A stretch of 36,936 bases of DNA from Octopus bimaculoides (taxonomy: Eukaryota). The number at the start of each line of letters is the position of its first letter. Positions within the stretch are counted from its first letter, which is position 1. Under the pieces are notes generated by a model. The model was given only the letters and a program-made list of their open reading frames with translations, was not told the origin of the DNA and made no database searches. A program made the position numbers and the translations under genes. Shown here piece after piece: positions 10,605-22,562 of this stretch. The stretch lies in assembly GCF_001194135.2 (NCBI RefSeq), contig NC_068990.1, forward strand, positions 39,424,075 through 39,461,010, read 5' to 3'.

Positions 10605-10700
10605 ATAAGTACCAATGAAGCACTGGGGTCAATGTAATCAATTAACCCTCCCCCTAAAATTGCCGGCCTTGTGCCAAAATTTGAAATCATTGTTATTATT
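10605..10700 (+). mobile_element. SINE family A, 3' half
   Basis: ATAAGTACCAATGAAGCACTGGGGTCAATGTAATC...CCTTGTGCCAAAATTTGAAATCATTGTTATTATT continues the 5' half that ends at 9645. Confidence 0.8.
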
Positions 10701-11529
10701 ACTGGTATTATTTTTTTGTTTTATTACTGATATTTTTTTAATAGTAGCTGATTATCATAAATATAGTCACCATTGTTACCGTCGTTATTCTTAATAAAAA
10801 CTAAGATTAACAATAATATTTTTATTACTTTAATTTCCTTAATCTTACTTGCTTCTTCCTTTCTTTGGATACTTATACAACTGTAATCTCGTTTATTTGT
10901 TTTCACCTTTTGTCTTGTTTCTTTTTTGTTTTGTTTTCCATTCTACTGCGTAGAAGCATTTCGATTCCACCAATGTATTTCGCTTACGAGTGTGCGTATA
11001 TGATCTCAAGTAGATATATTTATGTGTATACGTATACACGTCCTTATTTTTTACAAACTCACTTACCTCTAATTGGCCTCAACCCGTTCTCCTCTTTATT
11101 CTGAGCAATAAAATCTCCTCCTATCATTATTGTTATAGTCTTTCTTCGCTCCAACCTCAGTCCACTCCTAAATCCGCCTTTATCTTCTACACTAAACGGC
11201 TACCCACATTCGGAGACATTCTAATTCTTTACTTGGAACACACTTCCATAATCGAAGAGTTTGATTCCAAGTCTCAGAAAAAATTTCCACGCCAACCTCA
11301 TATGAAACTTAATTTTTCATACTTCATTGATATTCCACTAATAGATTATTTAGATTTTGTTCGTTTATCCCACCCCCTGTATGCGTACGTGCGCATGTGT
11401 GTGTACGTGTGCGTGCGTGCGAGTGCGTGTGCGTATGTGTGTGTGTGTGTGTGTGTGTGTGAAATAGTTTCTGTTGATTCACTGAGAACCGAGAAGTTAC
11501 AAAAGTCGAAACGTAAATGTAGGGCATCC

Positions 11530-12475
11530 TTTTATATATTGTAATTGCAGGCTCATAGTATCTAGTATTTCAATTTTTGTGCTTCCGATCTTGCTGCTGG
11601 TAATCTTAATTGTCTTTTATTGAATATATTTTAACATATTGTACGAACGTTATTAAGAAAACGTTTAACCGTGTCTTTTTGAAAAGCATTATACGTGTGA
11701 TACTTATAAAAACGGCTGTTTTAATCACCATATTTTAATTTTTTTTTTCAGCTTTCGTGGAATTGCACCAAATGTTTTAAACCTCAAATTAAGGAGGTCA
11801 CTTCAAGAACTGTCCTTGTAATATTTAGCTCCGTTCACCCAGGGTGATAACAATCCCGCACAAATCTTTACGTCTTTGAAACAAAATTCTTGATTTTTAA
11901 TTAGACAAAAAAGCTCTTTGTGCTTTTGATTTGAAACTACCAATTCTGAATGGCTGTGCTTTATCTACAATCGACCAGGTCACTTTGAATTCGTGTGGAT
12001 TTATCTCACATAAAAATCATATAAATTTCGACAAAACCGTAACTAATTTTTATCTGGGTCGACAATTGAATGCTTGTGGTTATAAGATTGATCGTTGAAT
12101 GTAAAATTGTTCCAGTGTATATGTTAGGTTAATACATGTTGTTTGTTTCTACTTTAATGCTACATACTATTCCTTTTTCGAAACAGTTACCATCTAGTGG
12201 GTGATTCACACTCATGCTAAAGTTGCTTGATTGATACTGGCCTGCCTTTTGCACATCTTTTTAATTCAGTTTTGCAATACTATAACCTCTAAGATAACCG
12301 AACTCCGACTGAAATTCTTACTAGCTGAATGATTAACCTTGACACGGATCCTATTTAATATCTTACTGTACCTATGCTCTGCGGGAAAATGGTAATCTAT
12401 TAAATTAAGGAATTCGTTTGTATATGCATATGTTTGTTCGTATATGTATGTATGAAGGTAGGTATGTATAACAGA
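11530..12475 (-). mobile_element. Penelope-like element, decayed C-terminal half: RT thumb end, Cys linker, GIY-YIG endonuclease, 3' region
   Basis: Manual translation: EFLNLIDYHFPAEHRYSKILNRIRVKVNHS ... HPLDGNCFEKGIV(12165-12173)CSIKVETNNMY*PNIYTG(12111-12119) ... YNHKHS ... VTVLSKFI*FLCEINPHEFKVTWSIVDKAQPFRIGS. These match PLE motifs FLxLIxxHF, CPLxGxC, GIY/YIG and TxLSKxIW...WxI. The left boundary is approximate. Confidence 0.85.
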
Positions 12476-12477
12476 TT

Positions 12478-12995
12478 TTATTCTCCGAAAAGCATCAGTA
12501 CCCAAGTGGAAGTCTTATGGTAAATATCCGGTATAGAAGACGGAAAATTTTGTTGAAAGACTTCTCTGGAGATCATATCATTTCCATAAATCCGTTGACA
12601 ACAACAGCACGGTAAATATATTCTGCTTTAAAACTAATATGAACCCATTCATCAAAAAACTTAATCCGTTTGAAATTGACCTTTATACAGAAACTGAAAA
12701 TATCAAATTCGGTAAATCCTACATGTTCAAACGAATGGCAACAGTATCTCCAGTTCAGTTAGCAATAACAAGAAAACATATCAAAACCTGCTAAAGTAGA
12801 CCAATAAATAGGTGGGGCAGCAACTTTGGCATCTTCATTGACGACCCCACAAAATCATTTTCACTCCTCAAGCATTTCTTTATCTACAAGAATCATAACC
12901 GAAATTTCCTCCAAAAATCAACAATAATACTGACCAACCCTATGAAAACTTATAGAAAACAGACCAGTAAACATATTCAAACGAGTTGAAATCTT
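12478..12995 (+). mobile_element. Penelope-like element, decayed N-terminal ORF region, opposite orientation to the adjacent C-terminal half
   Basis: YSPKSI/VPKWKSYGKYPV*KTENFVERLLWRSYHFHKSVDNNSTVNIFCFKTNMNPFIKKLNPFEIDLYTETENIKFGK...FIDDPTKSFSL resembles the N-terminal motifs YSxKNIP, RxRWxxxF, FExDL..NIKF and ADKT of C-terminal-EN PLEs. Confidence 0.78.
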
Positions 12996-14079
12996 TATTT
13001 ATCATGTCTCTCAGAATAAAGTTTTGTCCGTTTGGACATTTTTTTCTGCGCAAACTTTTTTCTGTGAGTTTATATCATTCTCTTGTAAACTCAGAGACTT
13101 TCGGGCCTAATTTTCAGGCTCCCTTTCTTAATCAATTTGTAGCCTGCTTTGTAGAACTTCAGGATGGATTACAAGGATCTGTTTCTTTCTCTATGGTATA
13201 TATTGTCGATTTGCTTGAATATTGTTGATTCTATTGTGTTATGGCTTGAGAAATTTGTTAGTGTCATCTTCACATTATGTATGTTCAATATCTTGTTATT
13301 CTTGACTAATCAGTGAATTATTTGTTTCATGAATAACAATTTAGAAACCAAGTAGAAATTTTGCTCAACGATTTTCATGTGTAACATTCCTGAGAGCATG
13401 CTGCCTTCAGGCCATTTTAAATCTATGTTGATCCGGTGTCATTAGGACCACTTGATCATTCTCAAGATTTCTCTAAAAGATCAGGGGTAATCATTGGTGT
13501 GTCACAAACCGTGTTGGATTGAGACTAGAGATTTCATGTCATAACATCTTTGTGGATGTATATAAAAACAGCACCATGACGTCTTCCTTGCTTATTTAAC
13601 AGTTTGAAAGAAAACATACACGCACAAATACACATACAGACACATACACGGATACTCACACACATACATAAATACATATCTATAAATTTAAATATATANN
13701 NNNNNNNNNNNNNNNNNNNNNNNNNNNNNNATATATATATATATACGTTGATGTTGCACAGCACAATGTTTCTTAAACTTAAATGGTATATCTTGACGAT
13801 AACAATACTAGTCTAAGTCAGACTTGGGATCCATAGGTATCTAATGTACGAGTACAAATTTCTTTGATATCTCTTTGTAGAGAGAAAAAGCTCGCAAATA
13901 CTTGGTTTTATATACTGCAGCGATGGATAAAAATTTGCATAGTTTGTCAGTTGATAAAACTTTACATACATACATACATACATACACACATTCATACATA
14001 CATCTCCATACACCACACTAGCACATGTGCACACATACCCTTTCCCACATATATACGTGCTTCCAGATAAAAATATATA

Positions 14080-14290
14080 TTTATTCTCGTATCTTCTCAA
14101 CCCGCCCAATGTCTTCCTTCTTAACTCCAAACCCCTAAAAACAACATTTTCACTTGATTTCTTTTCATATGCCTGTTTGTTGTTCTTATTCCTCATTTCT
14201 CTATGTTGAATTTCTGATGAAATAGTAGCCTCCGAAACGTTATGACACATTCTCTTTCTAATAATGTGTTAAACTAATATCTTATAGATC
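14080..14290 (+). mobile_element. Probable PLE 3' terminal fragment with degenerate hammerhead core
   Basis: A pyrimidine-rich tract precedes CTGATGA (14214-14220)-AATAGTAGCCTCC-GAAACGTT. Stems I and II are poorly paired. Confidence 0.4.
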
Positions 14291-14425
14291 AAGTTTAATT
14301 TCTCAGGTGCTTCCCTTTCCATTGTTCATCATTTTTCTTACATATATGCGTTTCTGTGTGTGTGTATGTGCGTGCGCATGTGTGTGGATAGATATAGATA
14401 TATACCTACATACACACTTATATAC

Positions 14426-14462
<37 letters not shown>

Positions 14463-14816
14463 NNNNNNNNNNNNNNNNNNNNNNNNNNNNNNNNNNNNNN
14501 NNNNNNNNNNNNNNNNNNNNNNNNNNNNNNNNNNNNNNNNNNNNNNNNNNNNNNNNNNNNNNNNNNNNNNNNNNNNNNNNNNNNNNNNNNNNNNNNNNNN
14601 NNNNNNNNNNNNNNNNNNNNNNNNNNNNNNNNNNNNNNNNNNNNNNNNNNNNNNNNNNNNNNNNNNNNNNNNNNNNNNNNNNNNNNNNNNNNNNNNNNNN
14701 NNNNNNNNNNNNNNNNNNNNNNNNNNNNNNNNNNNNNNNNNNNNNNNNNNNNNNNNNNNNNNNNNNNNNNNNNNNNNNNNNNNNNNNNNNNNNNNNNNNN
14801 NNNNNNNNNNNNNNNN
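14463..14816. other. Assembly gap (largest). Others: 1981-1990, 9662-9739, 13699-13730, 16943-17133, 25376-25593, 26490-26715, 36055-36064
   Basis: N runs, most flanked by (AT)n or other simple repeats. Confidence 0.98.
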
Positions 14817-14850
<34 letters not shown>

Positions 14851-14854
14851 TCAC

Positions 14855-14899
<45 letters not shown>

Positions 14900-15174
14900 A
14901 GTGTACATGTATGTATATATATATATATATACAAATATGCTTCTGTACACACGTATGGATATGGGTGAGGGAGTATGTAGATCTATGGATATGTGTGATT
15001 GGGTCTGTGTGTGCGCATGCGTTTAAATGCCTAAGATGTTTCCCTTCGTACAGAGATTATAAAGTAAAAAAAAAAAATACTCAGACATTACATTTCATGA
15101 ATACATTCATTTGATTTGTCTTCAAGAACAGCGAGTATAGAAGAGGATGAGGAGATGATAGAGAAAAGTATACC

Positions 15175-15720
15175 ATTATCATCAGCAGCACCCTATTATC
15201 GTCAGAACCCCTTCGTTCCCACAATAATCATCGTTTCCCCCATGGTCATTATCATCATTATAATCATCATCATCACCACCACCAACACCATTAATATCTT
15301 CCTCTCTGTCATCATCGTCATAATCATCATCATCATTATCCTCATCATCATCATCACCATCATCATCGTCATAATCATCATCATCATCATCATCACCATC
15401 ATCGTCGTCATCAACATCATCATCATCATCAACATCATAATTATCGTCGTCATCATCATCATCATCACCGCCACCATCATCATCACCGCCACCATCATCA
15501 TCATGATCATCATCATCGTCGTCGTCGTCATCATGATCATCATCATCATCATCATTAATATTCTTAACACTTTCGCTATTATCAGCGTCCTCAACATCTT
15601 CTCCATAATGAACAACAATATACTCATCACTACCATCACCGTTATCCTCATCATCATCATCATCATCCACAACAACAACTTAAACAACAGCGACAACAAC
15701 ATTACAGACAGTGTTAACTA
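15175..15720. repeat. Long imperfect (ATC)n/(AAC)n trinucleotide array
   Basis: Direct reading; source of the poly-I, poly-D and poly-M ORFs. Confidence 0.95.
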
Positions 15721-16387
15721 TAACAACAACGAAACCATTCGAATACTTTAAATAGAAAAATGAATAGAAAAATAAAAACAGATTAAAAATAAAAAATAAA
15801 ATAAAATAATGACAGACAGATGAAAACCATATTAAAACAAACACCATCTAATCGCACAAATCCACGCAAAAACAGAATAAAAACTAAATATATATAACCA
15901 CATGAAAAATAAATATAAAACTATACGAAAATCTCATATAAAACCATACAAAATCATATAAAACGATCAAATACAGTTTGCTTAAAGCGTTCTTTTCAAA
16001 AATTGATTTCTTGCAATTTTGTTCATTAAATGAGAATAATTTAAATGAGGAAATAAATTATAGAGGATGTGAAAGATTTATTGTTGTAATTAATTATGAC
16101 GAACTGTCTGTTGTTGTTGTTGTTTTTTTCTTTTAATATTCCTTTTGTTGTTTGTTTCGTTCCTTCTTTATTATCTACGCATTAGAGAATATAGATTTAT
16201 GAAATAATTCTATTCTGTAGATACGTACATACTTTCATATATAAATATGTGTGTATGTATGTGTATGTGTGTGTGTGTGTGTGTAAATATGGATGTATAC
16301 ACAAATATATAAATATGTATTGACAAGCATATACATATATGTGTGTGCGTGTGTTTGCATGTATCTATGTTTACAATTATGTATGTC

Positions 16388-16419
<32 letters not shown>

Positions 16420-16483
16420 CATTTGTATAAGTGTATGTATATATATATGTGTGTGTGTACATGTGTGTGTTCGCATGTATGTG

Positions 16484-16518
<35 letters not shown>

Positions 16519-16903
16519 GTGTGTGGGCGCGTGTGTATGTATATGTGAATATGTATGCATACATATATATATATATATACTTGCATACTTGTTCGTGTGA
16601 CTGAAAGTGCGTGTGTTCATGTGAATGCCGTTTCTCTGAGTGTCTGCGTGCATGTATGTGTGCACGTGTTTAACAATACCTATATCATTATAATTAACAA
16701 AGGTTTGTATGTTTCCTGTGAAATCTGTCTTGGAGATGCAAATTATCGACATTCGTTGGTAAGGAAAAAGGAAGGACGATGGAGTGTATGCGGGGAGAGG
16801 GGGGTAGGGAATGAGAAACGGAAGAGATGCTGAATAATGAATAGAAACCTATATATGAAAGATGCTTGCAGATTAAGGCAAATGCTTAAAAAGCTGGGCA
16901 TAC

Positions 16904-16942
<39 letters not shown>

Positions 16943-17133
16943 NNNNNNNNNNNNNNNNNNNNNNNNNNNNNNNNNNNNNNNNNNNNNNNNNNNNNNNNNN
17001 NNNNNNNNNNNNNNNNNNNNNNNNNNNNNNNNNNNNNNNNNNNNNNNNNNNNNNNNNNNNNNNNNNNNNNNNNNNNNNNNNNNNNNNNNNNNNNNNNNNN
17101 NNNNNNNNNNNNNNNNNNNNNNNNNNNNNNNNN

Positions 17134-17182
<49 letters not shown>

Positions 17183-17447
17183 GTATATATACATATACGT
17201 ATGTACATACAAACACATATATATATGTATTTTGAGTATGTATGTGTGCGTAGGTGTGCGTTTGATTTACGTATGTTACCTAGATATATGCACTAAATAT
17301 GTATCTACATTGCACGTCGGTGCATGTAGGTATATATGGTTGTGTGTGTGTGTCTGTGTACATTCATTCATGCATATGTAGATATGTACACATATAAGTA
17401 TATGTATACATGCGTATCTAAGTATATGCGTGTGTGTGTGTGTGTGC

Positions 17448-17509
<62 letters not shown>

Positions 17510-17650
17510 AATTCTCTGAAACAACATATTTCCCACTGCTTTGTAATTACGTGCTTTATGTATGCATTTGTATATAAGGATACATACATGCCCATGTATA
17601 CATACATGCGCATGCAAATGTGTATCATAGCGTGTAATATATCTTATATG

Positions 17651-17690
<40 letters not shown>

Positions 17691-19119
17691 TGTATAAAGT
17701 ATATCATATAGATACCTACATACACAAATATATATTTATATACATATATGTACACACACCTGTGTGTATATACTTATGCATTTATATATATATATATGCA
17801 CATATATTTTGAATAGTTAATAGAAATAATTTGCCTAATTAGAAATATCTATCTGTTGAGCTACTTAGAACACGTCCGCTCTGACATCTTGAAATTCTGT
17901 ATAAACACATTAGAAGACACATATATATACATACATACACATCTATGCATATACATGTAGTATACTCATGTAGATACGCATGCATAGTGAGGAAGGTATA
18001 CCGAGACACAGCGAGAGAAAAGTGATAATGAAAGAAATAAATTATCATATACAGTTTTATTCTTCTTATGCACACATGTTCTAACGCGTTCACATATGCA
18101 CACATACGCACATATTCTGTCTGGCTGCATGTACGTATATACACGCACAAAGGTACATGCACATTTGAATACATCCATACAAACTTGCATTGTATGTATA
18201 TCAATGCATGCGCTCATATATTTATATACAACATTGTATCTTTATCCATATGTACGTAAGTACATACATATATCTATATGTTAATAAAAACGTCATTAAG
18301 TCAATCAGGTCTAAATTAGGGAGATGGGAAAGACCGATAATGATGATATCCTAAACTGAATTGCCATTGGACAAACTTAGGTAGAATGGCATTATGGGAA
18401 GTGACCTAAAAATTAAAGAAAATTGGGGGTAGAAACTGCATTAAGCAGAAGGAATATTCCCCTTAACAATGACACAAAAAGATAATACAAAAAAATCGTG
18501 CTGAATCATAATCTCTTTAAATGATCTAATAGCAGTTTAAATATATTCGTTAGTGCCGTGATTTCGTCGTTATTAAATTTAATCTGAAATATTACTGATG
18601 AAGTTTAGTACTCTGTTCTTAATTGCCAACTAATTATAGCAGATTATTAGAAGGAGAAAGAGAGAGAGAGTGGGGGGGGGGAGATGTTTGGCTGAAATAT
18701 CTTGGAATGTCAGGTCTTAGTTGTCTTGGAATTTTAGTTTGTTTGTGAAACCATTTCTGTGCGGAGTTTAAAGACGGGCAAATTAACAAATGGTGAGTAC
18801 AAGTAGAACTATGGCTTGTAGCTTGGCACTGGCACTGGCACTCAGTCAAGGTACACGATTCGTAGATGGCACACACCACTTTACCAAATGCTAGAGGACA
18901 GAAAAAATTCAACACTGTACGCAAAGGTTGCAGAATTAATTGCTAATCATTTCATCGACTTATGATAATTTCAGTTCTTTCCCCCTTGGGTTTATCTTTT
19001 AGAAGAATGGTCCTACCAAGATGATGACCTTAAGATTTTACTATGAATACAAAATCTTTAGTGATTCTCAGGTGATCTGGTGGCTTGTTAGAACTCAATA
19101 AAATCAAATCATCATCTTG

Positions 19120-19240
19120 TCATAGACGTGGTTAAATGATTTAAGAAGTTCATTTTGCAACTGTGTGATTTCGGATTTATCTTACTGTGCAGAACATTGG
19201 GTCAGCTTTTCCCTACCATAACTTCAAGCCGTCCAATGTT
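19120..19240 (+). mobile_element. Highly decayed SINE family C 5' fragment
   Basis: GACGTGGTTAAATGATTTAAGAAGTTC...ACATTGGGTCAGCTTTTCCCTACCATAACTTCAAGCCGTCCAA aligns loosely with the family C head at 28440-28320. Confidence 0.4.
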
Positions 19241-19379
19241 TTTAAGTAAGTAATAGTACTTGTACCTATTAGCTTTTTAAACGCCATTCATATATAAGCA
19301 CTCTGTAGGAAAAAGAAACACTTACTAAAAATTAGAAGAGCAATAACTACAAGAAGAATAATATTACTTGTATAGCATG

Positions 19380-19755
19380 TGCTTTGGCCCAGTGGTTAGG
19401 GCAGCGGTCTCGTGGTCATAGGATCGCGGATTCGATTCCCAGACCAGGCGTTGTGAGTGTTTATTGAGCGAAAACACCTAATGCTCCATGAGGCTCTGGC
19501 AGGGGGTGGTGGTGAACCCTGCTGTACTCATTCACTGCAACTTTCTCTCACTCTTACTTCCTGTTTCTGTTGTGCCTGTAATTCAAAGGGCCAGCCTTGT
19601 CACACTGTGTCACGCTGAATAACCCCGAGAACTACGTTAAGGGTAGACGTGTCTGTGGAGTGCTCAGCCACTTGCACGTTAATTTCACAAGCAGGCTGTT
19701 CCGTTGATCGGATCAACTGGAACCCTCGACGTCGTAAGCGACGGAGTGCTAACAA
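19380..19755 (+). mobile_element. tRNA-derived SINE family B
   Basis: A-box TGGCCCAGTGG, B-box GGATTCGATTCCC; highly similar to the copies at 22140 and 33681. No clear TSD. Confidence 0.92.
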
Positions 19756-20442
19756 GCTGTTCATATTTCTCTAAAATGTTCTGTTTAAAGAACTGAATGT
19801 TGCATAGATTGTTAGTTGTCATTTTTCATGAGTTTTCATCCGTAATTAAAAAATATTTTTTAGAGAATTTAAAAGTTCTGCAAACTCTACTTCGGCATAA
19901 AATTATACTTTCAATCCTTTGATTTAGTAATTCATCTCCTAGAGGTATCCTCAGAGTTTGGATCATGCAAAGCCTGCATTCTTTTTCGTTACCTGTACGT
20001 GTTGAGGTCGTTGTTACAATACTCTAATGCCGTTTGAAATAGGTGCCTCTAGACTTTAAACTACGTGTATATTCTGTTAGTGACGTCGTGTTATTTAATT
20101 TGCTTTCATAGCAGATGTTTGTATATATTACAGCGACACTTTACAGCGGTTCTATGGGGAACATATATATTTACTGACACCTTCGGTAATGACCTTGTAT
20201 TTGTAAATTATGCTACTTATCAGTTACTTGCCCTCAAGATGACACCGAGTGGCCACTGTACAATTACAGGTAAATGAATTACTTGCAGGGAATCTTAGAG
20301 AGTCCATTAAACTTGTATTTTTTTGCTGCTATTCAGATTTTCCTTCACATTGTTTATGATTTTAGTACAAATGCTATTAATTTTAATTTTACTGTTAGTG
20401 TCCTTAATATTATTTCTATGATTATTTCTATTTTTAGTTCTT

Positions 20443-20461
20443 GATAGATAGATAGAGAGAG

Positions 20462-20530
<69 letters not shown>

Positions 20531-20556
20531 TTGACAGACTGATAGACAAACAGACT

Positions 20557-20593
<37 letters not shown>

Positions 20594-20640
20594 ACAAATA
20601 GATAAATCGATAGATAGATAGACAGACAGACAGGCAGACT

Positions 20641-20709
<69 letters not shown>

Positions 20710-20766
20710 ACAAATAGTTAGATAGATAAACAAATAGATAGATCGACAGACAGACAGACAGACAGA
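20443..20766. repeat. Compound (GATA)n/(GA)n/(GACA)n array
   Basis: Direct reading. Confidence 0.95.
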
Positions 20767-21428
20767 CGCATGTATGTACGAAATAGAACATATGTTTTGT
20801 GAACCCACGACCTCCTTTCCCCGGAGTATTAATTTAGAGTGAATATTGTCGCTAAACAGTGATTATTGTTATTGTTTAACAGACATACAGTTCTGCTCAA
20901 CCAAACTATAAACACGGAGATACTCAATCAATCATTTAATTTTTAGGGTAAGTAGAAGGGGACAAGCCCATAGATCAAACACACGTGATATGTCAAGTGT
21001 TAACCTGGTGTAAGCACCATCTTGGCAAAACGTATATGAGGAGAGCATTTAGATATGTGGACAATAACAAGTGTGTCACGTGTTATTTGATGTCCATCCT
21101 GAAGTTCTGACAGCAGGGATATCTTTAATAGTTATGGGTAGCAAGGAAAGTAGTAGTGGTAGTAATACTCTGGCGTTGGTGCTGGTTGCAGCTCTTGTGG
21201 TGATGGAGCTTACTTTCGTAGTAAGATTGTTGTTGATGTTGTGTTGTGTTGTTGTTGGGTAATCCCCTAGATAACGTTGTTTATGTAGACACATTGCACA
21301 GACGTAAGTGATCAAACAAACCTTTCAGTCTGCTCTGGTAATGCCTACCTCTCTTCATTATGAAACACGTTGACATAAAAATCCAGATCTCCAAATACGT
21401 GCCCCTAATTTTAAAGATATTTTGTGAG

Positions 21429-21810
21429 TTTGCTTACCAACTACATGGTTCCGGGATCAGTCCCACTGCATGGCATCTTGGGCAAGTGTCTTCTACTATA
21501 GCCTCGGACCGACCAAAGCCTTGTGAGTGGATTTGATAGACGGAAACTGAAAGAAGCCTGTCACATATATGCATATATGTGTGTGTGTGTGTGTGTGTGT
21601 GTATGTGGTTGTGTGTCTGTGTTTGTCCCCCTAGCATTGCTTGACAACCGATGCTGGTGTGTTTATGTCCCCGTAACCTAGCGGTTCGGCAAAAGAGAAC
21701 GATAGAATAAGTACTAGGCTTACAAAGAATAAGTCCCGGGGTCGATTTGCTCGACTAAAGGCGGTGCTCCAGCATGGCCGCAGTCAAATGACTGAAACAA
21801 GTAAAAGAGT
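21429..21810 (+). mobile_element. tRNA-derived SINE family C, 5'-truncated, with internal (GT)n
   Basis: Starts at TTGCTTACCAAC, has CORE-like CTTGGGCAAGTGTCTTCTACTATAGCC and tail ...GACTGAAACAAGTAAAAGAGT. GAGTTTGCT at 21426-21434 and 21807-21815 is a 9-bp TSD overlapping the element ends. Confidence 0.92.
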
Positions 21811-21964
21811 TTGCTGAGGCAAAATGAAGTTTGACTCAGTGAGCAGAAACATGTAACTACACGATCCTTTGTAGCTGTTGACCAAAAGTTACAGGGGGTG
21901 GCGACAGCCTGAGAAAAATTTATGATTATATCTTAAAATGATGGAAGTGATGATATTGTAGGTG

Positions 21965-22562
21965 TTATTGCCGTTTTAGCCCCAAGTCAACGCTGATCCT
22001 GCAGAGACTTCTAGTCAGAGGCTCTCAAGCTACGACCAGTCATTTACATTTAAAACACAACATATCCAGGACAATAACGTTTCATATGGCTTTTGTTAAA
22101 AACAGAAAAGTGATTTTAGCATGGTTTGCTATTTCTAGCGAGGCGCAATGGTCCAGTGGTTAGAGCAGTGGACTCGCGGTCATAGGATCACGGTTTCGAT
22201 TCCCAGACCGGGTGTTGTGAGTGTTTATTGAGCGAAAACACCTAAAAAGCTCCACGACGCTCCAGCAGGGCATGGTAGTGAACCCTGCTGTACTCTTCCA
22301 CCACAACTTTCTCTCACTCTTACTTTCTGTTTCTGTTGTGCCTGTAGTTCAAAGGGTCAGCCTTGTCATACTGTGTCACGCTGAATATCCCCGAGAACTA
22401 CGTTAAGGGTACACGTGTCTGTGGAGTGCTCAGCCACTTGCACGTTAATTTCACGAGCAGGCTGTTGCGTTGATCAGATCAACTGGAACCCTCGATGTCG
22501 TAAGCGACGGAGTGCCAACAAAAAAGTGCTATTTCTAGCAACTTAGAAGCTGCCTCGTTGGT
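21965..22562 (+). mobile_element. Old dispersed repeat family E, interrupted by a family B SINE
   Basis: GTTTTAGCCCCAAGTCAACGCTGATCCTGCAG... is similar to 25918, 29985 (-), 30785 and 36445. Its TGCTATTTCTAGC segment is duplicated around the SINE. Confidence 0.6.
22140..22526 (+). mobile_element. tRNA-derived SINE family B, full length with TSD
   Basis: GAGGCGCAATGGTCCAGTGG...GGAGTGCCAACAAAAAAG; 13-bp TSD TGCTATTTCTAGC at 22127-22139 and 22527-22539. Confidence 0.95.

Noticed and set aside
15116-15751. Long poly-I, poly-D and poly-M ORFs
   Set aside because: Translations of an (ATC)n array that is open in several frames; no coding evidence.
14303-18284. Many YIYI, CVCV and HTHT ORFs, some over 200 aa
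   Set aside because: Dinucleotide repeats and N-gap read-through.
18738-18798. Candidate 55-nt exon with ATG|GTGAGT donor
   Set aside because: Poor polypyrimidine tract and unrecognisable peptide; such sites occur by chance.
21093-21108. Exact 16-bp inverted match to 13153-13168
   Set aside because: The flanks do not extend the alignment much, and one such match is compatible with chance in 37 kb.
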